Shown here: positions 13,221-26,869 of the stretch, in pieces
How positions within the stretch are numbered: the first letter of the stretch is position 1
Layout of the letters: the number at the start of each line of letters is the position of its first letter
Position numbers and translations under genes: made by a program
The notes under the pieces: generated by a model
What the model was told of the DNA's origin: nothing
What the model saw: the letters and a program-made list of their open reading frames with translations, nothing else
The model's database searches: none
NCBI RefSeq assembly: GCF_001194135.2
Contig: NC_068992.1
Span: 30,026,593 to 30,090,592, forward strand
Length of the DNA stretch: 64,000 bases
Reading direction: 5' to 3'
Source: Octopus bimaculoides
Taxonomy: Eukaryota

Positions 13221-13430
13221 CATACTAGAGGCACAACGCCTGAAATTTGGTGGGAGGCGACTATTCGATTATATCAACTCCACTGTTTCACTGGTACTTA
13301 ATTTATCGACCCCGAAAGGATGAAAGGCAAAGTAGACCCCGGTGGAATTTGAATTCAGAACCTAAGAACGGGAGGAATACCTCTAAACATTTCGTCTGGC
13401 GTCCTATCGACTCTGCCAACTCATCGCCTT
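13221..13430 (-). mobile_element. SINE family A, full length
   Basis: Reverse complement reads aaggcgatgagttggcagagtcgata...gttctgaattcaaattccaccgggg...tttgcctttcatcctttcggggtcgataaattaagtaccag. A-box-like and B-box-like motifs are present. Confidence 0.9.
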
Positions 13431-14239
13431 AAAGTAGTATTACAATAATATTATTTTATACAATAATGATAATAATAGTAACGCAAATAAAGCCTTGTGT
13501 TATAAAGGCATGGACATTACAAAACAGATTCGAGACAAAAATAAATCATATATCAGAGCAGGCCAGAGCAATATGTGAAATATAGAAGGATTTGTCAGTT
13601 ACTGTAACTAAAAAATAAAAAAAAAGAAAAAAAGAAAAAAAGCTATTATCAGGAGGATATTATATCACAAGAATGGGAATGAAGACACAACGAAAATCTA
13701 AAATAACATTAAAAGATCAAAATCAAATAAAAAAGATTAAACAATAGAAAAAATTACTAAATTCGTAGCAACATTGACGGACGACAAAGACAACTGTCAA
13801 GACATTGAATCAATTCATAGGAAAGTACAATGCAATGCATGATCAATCCTGATTAAACGAAAAAGAAAAAAAAAATATTATGTTTAGCAGATTATAGAAT
13901 GTTATCAAAAGAGATAGCAGAATGTTCTACTCAACAAGATGTCCATCAATCCCTAGTGAAGTTTATCCCAGATGAATAGTATCAAATAATAATCTGATAG
14001 CCAGCGAATTAGATGAATGTTTCCAGAGAAGTGAAGATCAAAACTGATGTACTATCAACCCACTGCTTGAATAGAAGAAAAAAAAAAGAAAAAATAATCG
14101 AAAAAGAAAAAAGAAAAGACAATAGGTTGCAGAGGACGAAATGAATTGAATGTAGAATTTGAATACGCTGCCAACTGAGGGATCACCATTCAAACGAATC
14201 CTCAGCATATGTACATATACTCACACAGACATGCCCCCC

Positions 14240-14256
14240 CCCCACACGCACACTCA

Positions 14257-14304
<48 letters not shown>

Positions 14305-14340
14305 CGCGCACACACGCTTACGCACACGTACACATACACA
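14240..14340. repeat. (CA)n microsatellite with a CG-containing end
   Basis: Directly visible. Confidence 0.95.
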
Positions 14341-14499
14341 TAAATATAACTAAATAAAAAAAATCAATGCCTGACTGCTTAATAGAAGAATAAATGTTAT
14401 ATTGCCACTAAATTTATAAAAAGTGAGCAGACTCATGTGCAACAACGGTGACGGCCTTTGAACCCGTGTTTTAGATTTGAATGCTTTGTGAAATACATA

Positions 14500-14700
14500 A
14501 TGATTTCTGATTTAGGAAAAAGATTTGCAATTTTGAGACAAGAGACTTATTCGATTACATCGTCCCCACTATTTGATTGTTACTTTAGTTTATCGATCTC
14601 AAAACGATGAATGGCACAGTTGACCTCGGAAAGATTTGAATTCAGAAAGAAAAAAAAATTCTAAACAAATAACTCCAAGCAGTTTTCTTGGCATTGCATC
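14500..14700 (-). mobile_element. SINE family A, diverged copy
   Basis: tttatcgatctcaaaacgatgaatggcacagttgacctcggaaagatttgaattcagaa matches the family A core. Confidence 0.7.
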
Positions 14701-17700
14701 TAATTTAGTAGCTGACGGGCTTGTGCGACATCTAATATTTCAAGAGGTAAAGCAACGCGCACTAAAGTATATGTTGTTTAGCTGCCTTTAACAAAAATAA
14801 GTCAGATACTATATGTGTGTGATGATGGCAACCGTTGTGCAGTTTACGAATGTGGAAATAGACAATTTAATACAGTTTTCTTGAAATAAATTTCGAATTA
14901 TGCAGCAGAAGTAGTACAGTTGAAGATGCAATTTTTATTTGCTATAGTCATTGGCTCGCTCACCGGCACACGAGGGTGAATCAAAACAATTGAAGCGTTA
15001 CAATACGTTCTAACTCATCCTCGTGCATCACGTTAGATTAGATACAATGGGAAAACAGAAGGTGATGTTCTTCGCCTGAGAAATTCCCTCCAGAGTAAAA
15101 CGATAATTCTATAAACAAATCTTTGCTGGGCTAAAAACAGCAGCTTCTGGCGTTTTTACGCAACACTTACGTTAAGCATTTTATATAGATAAAGAATATT
15201 GGGAATTTATGTTGAAGCCTAGATGACAGATGTGGGCTATCAAGGTATGGTTTAGAGAAGGGCATTTTATAATTAGTTATAAATACAAAAAATGATATTT
15301 ATAATGTTTATAAATGTTAAATAAGAAAATATATTTGGTACTTCAAAAAATCCGAAGATTTAAGGCCTGCATGTTAAATACCTAACATGTTAAATACCTA
15401 ACACTGTCGACCATCCATCGCTATACATACACACATACATGCACACACGCGCGCGCACACCACACACACACAAATACACAAACACACATGACACACATAC
15501 ACATACGGTTATATGTATATATTTATTTAAATTAAATAGGTATGCGTTTCTATATGTACTCACGGGTTAGTTTAAGTAGTAAAATGTTGACATGTTTTCG
15601 TTATAGTACAACATTTTGGTACAGTTACTGTTACTCTATGGATATTTTTCTTCCCAAGCGATGCCTTTTCTCAATCGTAAAGATCTTCGAAACCAAAACA
15701 AATGTGCCAATACGTATACCTACTTTTACCCAGTAAATTTGAAATCGTCTAAATCATTAGATAGTTGTCCCTAAAGAATGTGCTTCACTGGACGGAACAA
15801 GTAGTAGTCGGAGAACACCACATTCGTGAAATATGTTAGTTTAGAAAGCAAAGACCAGTTCAATTTGTCGATTCTCGATTTGCAGGATTTTGTGCCTTAG
15901 ATGGGTGAAGCATTGTTATGACGAATATAATTTGTTTACTTATCTTTCTTTTAATGGTTTTTCTTGGCGTTTTTCAAGGTTGAATTTACATCTGGCTGTT
16001 CACAGGAAATAAAGGTGAACGACACTCTTGTCATGTAGCGTAAACTATCATCATAGCTGTGTCAAACGATCTCCCATTCGAAGCAGGCGTTAACTACCAG
16101 AGCAACAATTGTGCACACCTTTTATCCCAAGGTTTCAACCATATATTCTATTTATTACGAATCAAAATTTGTTTATGTCATTACCTCACTAATTCTATCA
16201 GAGGTATCCACACAAATCAATTCGACCGCTTGTCAGTGGTCGCAGTTAATGCACCCCTATCTGTTCTTTGTCTTCAATGGTAGTTTTCTTACTTTAAAAG
16301 TCTTCCATCTGTGCTCCACCTGTAGATTTCCGTGTATATCGGAATGCCTGCAAACCAACAGTAATACTTTACATATTTGAACCTAAACTTATTCCATATT
16401 TTAAAAGCATATTTGAACTGGGATTTCCCAACTTCAGATTAATTTTACTTATTTACTTTCTATAACTCTATTTACATATTTAAACCTACTTTTATCCCGT
16501 TGTTTTGATATTTAAATCATAGTTAGTCGTCCACTTTTAAATGCATTATAAATCCATTTCCACTGTTAGTATCATCTTTTTGGCGGTTAGTTTTGGTTTT
16601 GAGATAGTGTACTGTGTATTAGATGATATTACTCAATGTATTCATCGTATATTTTATTAGAGTAGTGTGAAATTGGATAGGAATTTGGATTCTATTGCTT
16701 GGAGGTTGACTTTCTAATGTGTGTTTTTCAAGAGATATTCTTATAAATCATTCATAAATCAGTATTTTCCCGGCAAGGCTATACTTTAAAACTGTATGAG
16801 TGTAAAATACGACATACACACAAGTTGATAGTAAAACTCATTTTAAATATGTCTTCTCTTCCGGGGATTAATTAACTTTAGAGAAACATGCAAACAATCA
16901 AAGTAGTGATTTCAATAATATCGAAAATATCTAATTAATGAATATATTTATTTTGTCACTAAAAACAAATATTTCGCAATTATAAAAAAAAAATCACGAA
17001 AATATTCATTAAGAAGAAATATCACCCCTACGGAGATAATTTTAGAGAAATCAATATTTTAAAAATAAACGAACAAGTAGGGCTAATGTCCATATGAAAA
17101 AGACATTGCATGGCAATCCCCTAGGAGAAAAATATTTGACCTCGTCTTAAGCAAAATGTTTACAGAAGAAAGAAAGCGAAGTTGCTTCTATTTAAATGAG
17201 CAGAATATTAATCTTAACATCGTATATCCAAGTACAATGAAAATATATTGCATTGTGATATACTTATGCACTGAAATTTGTTTCGGATGGATTAGATTTT
17301 ATATGATGTATAACTCTTCCAAATAACTTGGAATATATCTGCACTTGCAAAGGAATGTAATATATTGTGATTTATAACCATTGTGAACAGTTTTATTTAT
17401 AGAGCTCCAGTCATTTCTCTGGTATCACAGCAGACATTTTCGTAATTCATAGTGTACACTGCTGACGACTGGACAACAGAAACTCAACTCACCAACGTCT
17501 CGAAGTCAATTTCAAAAAAAAAAAAAAAGAGAAAAGAAATAGAGATATCACGCGAGCGACTCTGGAGGCAGACTAATTGCATAACATGTTTCCAGTGTTT
17601 CTCAAGGAAGAGCACGTACGCATTTTAAGGTCCGGTTTGGCTCCCCACCACTCTTTTATTTAATATTTCTATAGCTTGTCTCTCGTTACTCCCAACAACA

Positions 17701-19546
17701 ACATTTGTTGATATCATCATTGATGATTTTTCTAACCTTCAACACCCCACATTGATCCACATATAATTTTGCATTGACACCATGTAAAACGGTCTTGATA
17801 ACACTCTTCACCGTTTCATGCCATTTATGTCTACTTCACGAAGTATCGAATCTAAACCAATGTAGCAATCGAAACCAATATAACATACATCAAGAAAATA
17901 TTACTGTGACTTGTCTCAAGCTATATATGTGACATAAGGGACGAGGTAATACTAGGTCACAGCAAATGATAGGTCATAGCATTATGATGTATTTTGGTAA
18001 ACGTACTTCCTCAATAATTAAAACGTCTGCATCATTAAAAAATTGGTCTTTTTTATAATGTATTAAAAATAGTTCAACTATTACCGTTCTTCATGGTTAA
18101 GGTCACAGCCACAATGTATAAGTGCTTCTGCCTTTAGGTCCATAGGCTTCTGCCTTTGTAGTCATTCTAGATTGCATTTGGCATGGACACGGTCACTATT
18201 GTGATTCAATCTAATATTCTTCTATTCTCTCTTTCACACTCTCTACCAGTTCAATCATATATCTCTACTAGTCTCACATCGGCATTTGTTCCTGGGATTT
18301 TAGCCCGACACGTGTCGCCTCTGTTAAGCGCTTCAAATTCACTACTTTGTTGTGTCAGTAATAATATATCAACCACAAATGCCCTAATAGTATTACTAAA
18401 CTCATTCATTACTTTTTAGAATTTTCACCCTCTACAAATCTCTAACTGCAGAGTTTTGAGAAATGTATTGATCTTATCAGCCACAGAGAGCTAGCATTGT
18501 CTAAGGACCCTCTTCGAAACCTAAACGATAAAACAAACATGCGGACTGTCTCTAATGATAAACATACCACATACCAATTATGATATCAAGAACAACTAAA
18601 CCATTCCCTTCTATGTGAAGATTCCATTACTTATTATGATAGCTAAGTGATAGTATTTCGTTGGGTGGTAAATGTTGATTGGCACTTGATAAAAAGGATG
18701 TTTAAAAACGGTTTAACGGAATTATTCAATGAAAAATTTAAAACTTTATGTTATTCTATACATTGAATTATATGCGATTATGAGATCTATTGTCATGTCT
18801 CACCTGTCTCGATACTGCAAGTTAAAGTAGCCGTCGAATATTTGCCATGAACACTATGCAATGAGTGTATATAAGCAACCTCGCTGCAAGCTGCTATTAT
18901 GGCAGCCAGTCTCGTGACCATTCGCACAATCGTTTATAGTATATATTGATTTCTCTATAAATATGTAGAACAAGAGCTATTATATCAGACGCTTTTGGCG
19001 AAGATATATGCTTGCTATCTCTTTGAGTCTACTTCTAGTTATGGACAGCATAAAGTTACGAGTGCCACAAAATCTCATGAATGCTTACATATAAATTGGG
19101 TTAATCTATATAAATACATGTATCGAAGTGTGGTTAATCGAATACAGTTGATAAGCTTATAGAATATTATAGTATATTGCATGATTCGAAATACACATCA
19201 CTTTAGTACTGATTTTAATGATTTCGAGAGGTCTATAATTTTCATTGATTCCTACAATGTCTCAGAAAGAGGGGCCACGAAAGAAACTTTGTAAATTGTT
19301 GCTTAACCCGGTAGAGTTAATAATTAAATACTGATAATGATTCAACCTCTCGTCTAATATGCTAAAACATATGATACGCGTCTTGAAATTAAAATGCCAT
19401 TAACAAACCGATGTTGACTGGGCAAAGGTTTGGACTGATAATCACGTTGTCCAACACTATATCTCCATGAAATATGAAAACAAAATCATTGGAAGTAAAA
19501 AATTTAGAATATCCTACATTGCAAATTTTTCTAATACAGAAATCGA

Positions 19547-19704
19547 AGGCGCGGCTGTGTGCTTCCCAACCACATGGTTTCGGATCCAGTGCTACTGTGT
19601 GGCATCTTGGGCAAGTGTTTTCTACTATAGCTTCGGGCCGACCAAAGCCTTGTGAGTGGATTTGCTAGTTGGAAACTGAAAGATGATCGTGTGTATATAT
19701 ATAC

Positions 19705-19745
<41 letters not shown>

Positions 19746-19945
19746 TAGATAGATAGATATATACATATACATTGACAACCGGTGTTGGTGTGTTTACGTG
19801 CCCGAAACATAGCGATTCGTCAAAAGACACCGAATGAATAAGTACTAAGCTTACAATGAATAAGTCCTGGGTTCTATTTCTCTGACTAAAAGTGGTGCTC
19901 CAACATGGCCAATGTCAAAAGAATGAAACGCGTAAAAGAGTAAAA
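19547..19945 (+). mobile_element. SINE family C with an internal (TA)n/(GATA)n microsatellite
   Basis: tRNA-like head (cttcccaaccacatggtttcggatccagtgc), CORE-like start (cttgggcaagtgttttct), internal microsatellite, then ttgacaaccggtgttggtgtgtttacgt...gtggtgctccaacatggcc and a taaaagag-type tail. Confidence 0.75.
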
Positions 19946-21589
19946 TGAACTACAAATAAAAAATCCTTACGTGAATATGAATACATTTCTTGAACCATAT
20001 CAATAAAAACAATTACGAGAAAAAGTGAAGTTAACGATATAATATCCACAAACAATGCACACAATATGTAGTAAAATAGATCAGTGTATATTGTAAGGTT
20101 ATCCCAGTGTATACAATTATGACATAGAAAACAGCACATGTAATGATGCACTTATACTGCGGGTGTGATGAAACAGCTCAGTTGTTCTAGTGAGAGGGTT
20201 TAGTTTAAGAGTAGGTATAGTGAAAGTTAGTTTTAGATTTAGTTGTTATGACTTAGTAGTCGTTGTAGTGAAACACTACATCAGTACTTTAATGAATACA
20301 ACAAAGATTATTACCACTTGTAATGAGAAGGCGTAGCTACTTGAAATGTGATTCCTGTTGTGGCTGTAATGAAACACACAACTCAATGATAATTGCAATG
20401 AAACAACTCCTTGGTGGTTTAAATAATATAGATAGATGTTGGTATTAATGACATAGTTACGTGACAATTTTAATGACAGTTATAATAGGGTTGAAATGAA
20501 ACACTTCTATATTAGTTATAATATCTTCGAAGCCCTTGTAATGAGACAATTCTGTGACATTTTAATTGAAACATTCCTTGACGCTTTTAATGATAAAACT
20601 TAATGGTGATTGTAAATTTACTTATGGCTGAACGGACAAAATCGTGGTAAATTTTATGAAAGATGTCAGTGTTGCTTGTAGTGACCTAGCTTTACTTCAA
20701 ACATTGATGGCTGTTAAGAAACAAATCAGCGTTCTTGAAAGATTCTAGAATTCTAACTTCCCGTCAAGGAAATGCAGCCCAGCAGGCCCACTTCTATCTG
20801 GATAACTGAATGTAACACCTCCTCCCTATAATTTGAAATAATCAAACTATCATACTTCTGTTACCTCAAATTTTGTTGTATTTACAAGGAAACTGAGACG
20901 TCGGTCTTGTTTTGAGAGAAATATTATACTAACACTTATCCCCTTCGACAATAACTTATCCTGTACGAAGGATTACTTTGATGTTATGATGGGACCTTCA
21001 GGGTCTGTCTAAGTTATGGAATTTGACATATTTCTACTGTGTCGACACAAATGTTTCTGAAATCGGATGGGGTTTCTAGGGGATGATGCTTTACTCAGTT
21101 ATCGCGTCATATAAATATGGTATAGAACATACATAGAAAATTGTCTATAAATTTGTCAATAATTACAAATTATCTGTAAACTCTAACAAGAGACTAAAAC
21201 GGATATCCCATTCATATCGTTTAATTCCTTTCACAAAAACAATGACTGCCGCTAAAATATTCGTAAATGTTTCCAATTTATGAACAGGAGTTTTGACTTC
21301 ATGCGAGATGATTTTAGATATTATTGTTTATTTGCCGTGTATAATAATTATAAGCCTAATAGGTATAATAATCATTCCATATTTAAAATAACGGCAAAGG
21401 TTATCTGCATCATGGAATACAAATGAATACATACACACAAGCATACACATACACACAACACACGGACGCACATGCACACACACACGCACATGCACACACA
21501 TTCACACACTCATGGGCTAAAGTTGAAGATATGTTGTCTTTTTTTTTTCATAAACAGCCTGATTTGTTATTAAAATGCCAACAGCATCG

Positions 21590-21920
21590 GAGAGCATAAA
21601 GATGATAGTTGCAGTTGAGAGAATGCTAGCTCACATGGAGGAATGGAAGCTGTCGGAATATTGGGAAAGATTTACCTGTCTCATGATGATTCGCACCGAG
21701 TAGTGAAATACCGACATCCAAATGCTGATCAATACTCATGGACTCCTGCAACGGAAACTACGATGCCGTGACTAGCAAGAAGGGACCCCGCCGGAATACA
21801 TCACCACGCATTTGAACAGACGCTAAGAGCAAATTGAAACAGCTATGAAATGCTTCTGATGACTGTGGTCAATCCATGATTGGAGACTTTTGCTGCTGGA
21901 AGGCGTGTAAGGATGGCAGT
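21590..21920 (+). mobile_element. Highly degenerate LINE (RTE-like) C-terminal remnant
   Basis: Less AT-rich island. The translation MLINTHGLLQRKLRCRD*QEGTPPEYITTHLNRR*EQIETAMK weakly resembles the QLRWLGH...GRP...KD.LK region of RTE elements. Confidence 0.3.
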
Positions 21921-22720
21921 AGGATTTTCCACGTTGGCTTTGGAGTGCGGGGTAGTCATCGGATAATTTTTACGAATTCACCAGCCTCATTTGCCAGATT
22001 CTAATTTATTAAATAATACGTCTAGGGCGTGATTCAGAAAGTCCCAAACTACCCTGCATGCATCAACAAGGCTGATTAAACACGTGTTTGAAGATCCTCC
22101 TAGGTGTGTGTCAGAGTGAACAACGCATGAGAGTGGGAAACATTCCCCAAAATTTTCCCTTACTTTGCACCATTACAACAGGCTCAGATGCTAAGGAACA
22201 ATGCAATATAATTCAGTAACACTCAGTGTAATTCAACATTCAATATAATAGTTATAAATGCATAAAAAACAAACTTATTACTAGGAAATATAAAAATAGA
22301 AATCTAATTGCATAACAGAAATGTCCAGTGTGTTAATACCTCGAAACAACATCAAAAACAGTATAGCCAAACGCAGACGGCATCATAAAATCATAGCATC
22401 AAAAACCAACTCAATGAACCAACAGGGACAAAAACAAATCTGGAATGGAATTGAATTCTAATTAAACCACACACACCAAGCGTAAATAACTATAGCAACT
22501 TATTTTCTTCACCAATGAAAATAACATCGAACGCAAACACCCGGCTATATATAGTGATCAACTGCCCCTCATGGTATACTCTACTACTGTGGAATTCACA
22601 TGAGACATCAAATAATGCAGTCCACAATATACTGTGTTACACAAAAACGATGAGTTAGTTAAAGCTAGTGTGTCACAAATCGTAATTCTGATCAGGCAAT
22701 AATATTCCTAGGGTTGAACA

Positions 22721-22722
<2 letters not shown>

Positions 22723-22766
<44 letters not shown>
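22723..22766. repeat. (TA)n microsatellite
   Basis: Directly visible. Confidence 0.95.
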
Positions 22767-22769
<3 letters not shown>

Positions 22770-24078
22770 GGGGTGGGGTGAAAATAAAGAATCGGCCAGA
22801 CAAACCTCGCTATTTACAGTAAAGACTATTACTACGATACCAATATCTGACAGCAATTCTTGCTTTGTTCTTTAGATATATGTATGTGACTGCTTTATAA
22901 GATTTTAACATGTTTATCAATTAATGTTTTTATGTCGTAGTTTTGTAAGCAGTGGTGTAATGAACAATGTGAAACAACCGGGAACCTTTAAGTATCTTGT
23001 AAAGAATATCATAAGCATACATGAAATAGAATGCAAATGTTTTGAAAACCTCTAAAATGGGAAATACAATATATATTGTTATGGAATATATCAACAGTAG
23101 TAAATATTGTGTATGAAGGAAACATTTGGACCGGTAATACTCTTATTGCCATTATTCATGTCACTCTGGAATGATATAACTAAATGGAAAATCGGTTGAT
23201 CGAGTGTTGAACACATTTGATTGATAATGAAAAGATCGGAGGGTAGAGTGAATTGCTGCTGAAATTGTTAAAGGTTATGAAAATGTTATGTAAAACAAAT
23301 GTCTGAAAATTTACATATCTATCAAAGTATATCATATTTAAAAGAAAATGCTGAATGTCACTGTCGTGGAATTATTTCTAAAAATATTTTTCTTACATAA
23401 ACACAAAACAACTTATATTTAGCAATAACGTATATTTGTGGTGAGATCCGTGCCGTTCTGAAAGGGAAAGTAGTACGGCAATACAATCGTTTATAATTTT
23501 GTTCAAAAATACATTATATAACAAATCATGCCAGTCTCTTGTCTTCAATCATACTAACCTTTCACCTAATGAAAAGAAACTAATTGTATATTACCACCAA
23601 ATGTTTGTTGTTTTCAACAACTAATTCACTGATTATTAAGCTACGATTGATATGTGAATTTATTTTTATACTGCATTTAACTGTAAAACATCACAGGAAG
23701 AACAATCTAGCACATTTTATTTCAATCCATGAGAAAATCTGATTTCCATTTCATGACAATATACTGAGGTTAACATTTACTTTATTACTTTTGATAAGCG
23801 GCTGCAGTAAAACCTCACGTTTCTTCGTGTTGTATACTGGAGACGTAATGGATATTACATATTCCTGCATGGTATTCTAAACATTTAGTGAGATTTAACT
23901 ATTCTCTTTACAAAAGAATCAAGAAATATCAGACATTAGATATCACAGTTTTTAAGGTGTATCTTACAAAATCATGTTGCTTGGAACAAAACGTTACTTT
24001 AAAGTAACGTCCCAACAAATAAATCAATGTATATTTTTATAAGGCAATCAAAATTTACTTTGATATGAATCTTATTAC

Positions 24079-24429
24079 CAGGGCCGCGTTTAAACAATGG
24101 GAGGCCCGGGGCACTTCATGTTCGGTGAGCTCCTCATGCAGAAGAATTAAATCTCAAAACCCAATTTTCGCAGTAATTGAATCTGATGATCTAGCAGAGG
24201 AAGTTTAAATAAACGAATGAAAATTTCGCTCTATATGATATGTATACGTTTCAAAATTCAAATTTTTGTTTTTCACACATCCACTTTATAGGGCTTGGCT
24301 CTTCTGGCCTAAACTATTTTTTTTTTCCTAATGCCAGTTACAAATGTTTCAGACTGTGGAGTACTATAAAAGAACAGAATGTTGCAGGAAAAAAACAAAA
24401 CGTATTAGTAGTTATTCCAAACGCAAGAT

Positions 24430-24464
<35 letters not shown>

Positions 24465-26862
24465 TGAGTGTGTCTGAGTGTGTGAGGGGGTGGAGATACG
24501 AACATTTAAAGGGCATGGATTTTTAAATTGCTTGCTTTAAAAGGGCTTCCCTGCATTGTTGTGCCATGCATGAAAGAAAAAAAAAAGAGGGGAAATCGTA
24601 ACAAAAACAAAAATTCAAACTTAAGCGGAACAGCTTTTTTTGAAAGTTTGCTTTTTCAGTTTCCAGTAGGGGTTAGGTGGGGCCCAATCAGTGATATTTA
24701 CCGCATTCTTTTACTTTGGAAACAAATATATTTTTTATAAACGTCCACTACCTTACAAATGCTATGTCAGCTAAGCAAATTGACCTTCTCTAAATGCAAT
24801 AAAATCTATTTAACATATTCAGAACGCTATCTCAGAAAATTATCACCGTTCTCTTTGAAAATATAAAAGGCAAATTTAGATAAGGGAAACATTATTAAGT
24901 TAAGATATGGTAAATTATCTTCACTACTTCAGAATTACAAAAACTTTGAAAAAAGACTCATACACATGAACATCGATCCATTGACATCAGAAAAATCAGA
25001 AATGCAAAAAAAATGTAAAATATCTATGTCAAATAAAAGAGGATTATGGAAAATAGCACATCATATGAAATTAACGAAACTCGACAAAATCTAAGAACTC
25101 GACATAAAATATTCTCTGTAGCTTCTTTATGATAAGTTGGAGTGGCACTATTCCATTCCATATATATTTATGCGCCATGCAGTTAAAGAGGAGTGATTAT
25201 TAAAATTAGTCATTACTCATTTTGGCCCACTTACGAAAATTTCTCCACTTCTCTATTTCAAAGAGTTTAGCACAATTATAAAAGAATATAGCAAAAAAAG
25301 GACAAATGTTTGACTTAATGAAAAACACTTAAACATACATGCAATGATTCTAAAGCCAAGAAAGGCTTTTTGCTGTTGAGAGATGTAATTTTATAATTAA
25401 GACTAAATATGTCTTAATTACACATTCCTTACATACCTGTTGAAAATTTTCAATGCCTCTCTGAAATAATTAAGTACTTGAGTAACCTATATATATATAT
25501 ATATNNNNNNNNNNATATATATGTATATATATGTATATATATATGTATATATATATATATATAGTGTGTGTGTATGTGCAATGTGTTTGCGTCTCCTTGT
25601 CTCGACAAGTGGTAGCTGTGAATGAGTTCCCTCTCATTCAAGTAGTGTCATTCATCACTAATATTCTAGGAGAACATGTCTGGCCATGGGGAAATATTAA
25701 CTTGCTGAAAACAGGCGAGAGTTGGCGACAGGAAGAGCATCTGACCGTAGAAAATATATTTCAAGAAACTCCGTCTGACCCATGCAAGCGAGGAAACGTT
25801 AACGTTAAAACCAAGACGATGATGATGAACTAGAGACAGCGCGGGTTGTAATATATATATTAAAGGTATAAATTCATTGCAATCCTTCCATTATAATTCC
25901 ATTACGTCTGGAGGTTTTTTTTTTGTTCTTCAAGATTTGATGTTAAATACTTGTATAGTTTGTGTGTATTCTTCTTAATATTTGTATGAAGGGTGTTATA
26001 TATAGTTGCTTGAACAGACGCTATCGGAAAGCTCTTCATTAACTGAAAAATAATCAGTCTCAACGACTCATGAATATCTGCAATCAATTGCGGGAAAATC
26101 CTCAAAATGCCTGGCTTTGGCGTCGAATTTTGATAAGAAAAATCAGTGGATTCGTCCGGGCCAGGCATTGGAATCGTGGCGTGTATTTTATAAAAACATC
26201 AGAAACACCATGATTTTCGTCATCGCCGTCATCTTCATCCCCATCGTCGTTATTGTCGTCACCACTATCAATTCAATCAGCAGCAGCTGCACCCCCAACA
26301 GCTTCATTACGTATCGTTATTCCATCTAGTCATATAACTTATCATCAGTTGCAAAAACCCAACGAATAATTCCTGAAATCAAGATTTATCGTCTTAAACA
26401 AGCAAAAATGTTTCAGACATTCTCCTCCTAGGTACACTGTTGTTGTTGTTGGCACTCCATCGCTTACGATGTTGAAGGTTTCAGTTGGTCCGATCAACGG
26501 AACAGCCTGCTCGTGAAATTAACGTGNNNNNNNNNNCACACACACACACACATACACACACAAACACACACACACACACACATACATATTAAATTTTCAG
26601 GAGTGTTTAATTAAACGAATTAGAATCGCTAAGGTGGCGAAATCTATGGTTATTTATAATAAAATAGAATCGATTATATTTTTAAAATGCCAAATACCTT
26701 TGTATATTGCAAAAGAGCCTCTTCATGCCAAATAGATGCGAGTTGGGTGCCACCCTGTACTAAGTGTACTGAGTGCTGCGTACCTTTCGTAGCAGTAGGC
26801 TCCCCAGTATCAGCGGGGGCCCAGAAAATTTCACCCTTCGCCATCCTATAAATCCGGCCCTA
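24079..26862. mobile_element. Candidate old hAT (Tip100-like) non-autonomous element, about 2.8 kb
   Basis: The left end is CAGGGCCGcgTTTA. The right end reverse-complements to tAGGGCCGgaTTTA. The 8-bp flanks CTTATTAC and CTTAGTCC match at 6/8. GGGGCCC-type motifs occur internally near both ends. The two ends could belong to separate elements. Confidence 0.4.
26438..26526 (-). mobile_element. 3' end of SINE tail X, cut by a gap
   Basis: Reverse complement cacgttaatttcacgagcaggctgttccgttgatcggaccaactgaaaccttcaacatcgtaagcgatggagtgccaacaacaacaaca aligns to 55994-56070 and ends in (AAC)n. Confidence 0.8.
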
Positions 26863-26869
26863 CTTAGTC

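Noticed and set aside
17458-17505. CTGACGA...GAAAC motif, and TATCACAGC (miR-2 seed-like) at about 17423
   Set aside because: The helices do not form in register. The seed match does not extend to a mature miR-2 sequence or a hairpin.
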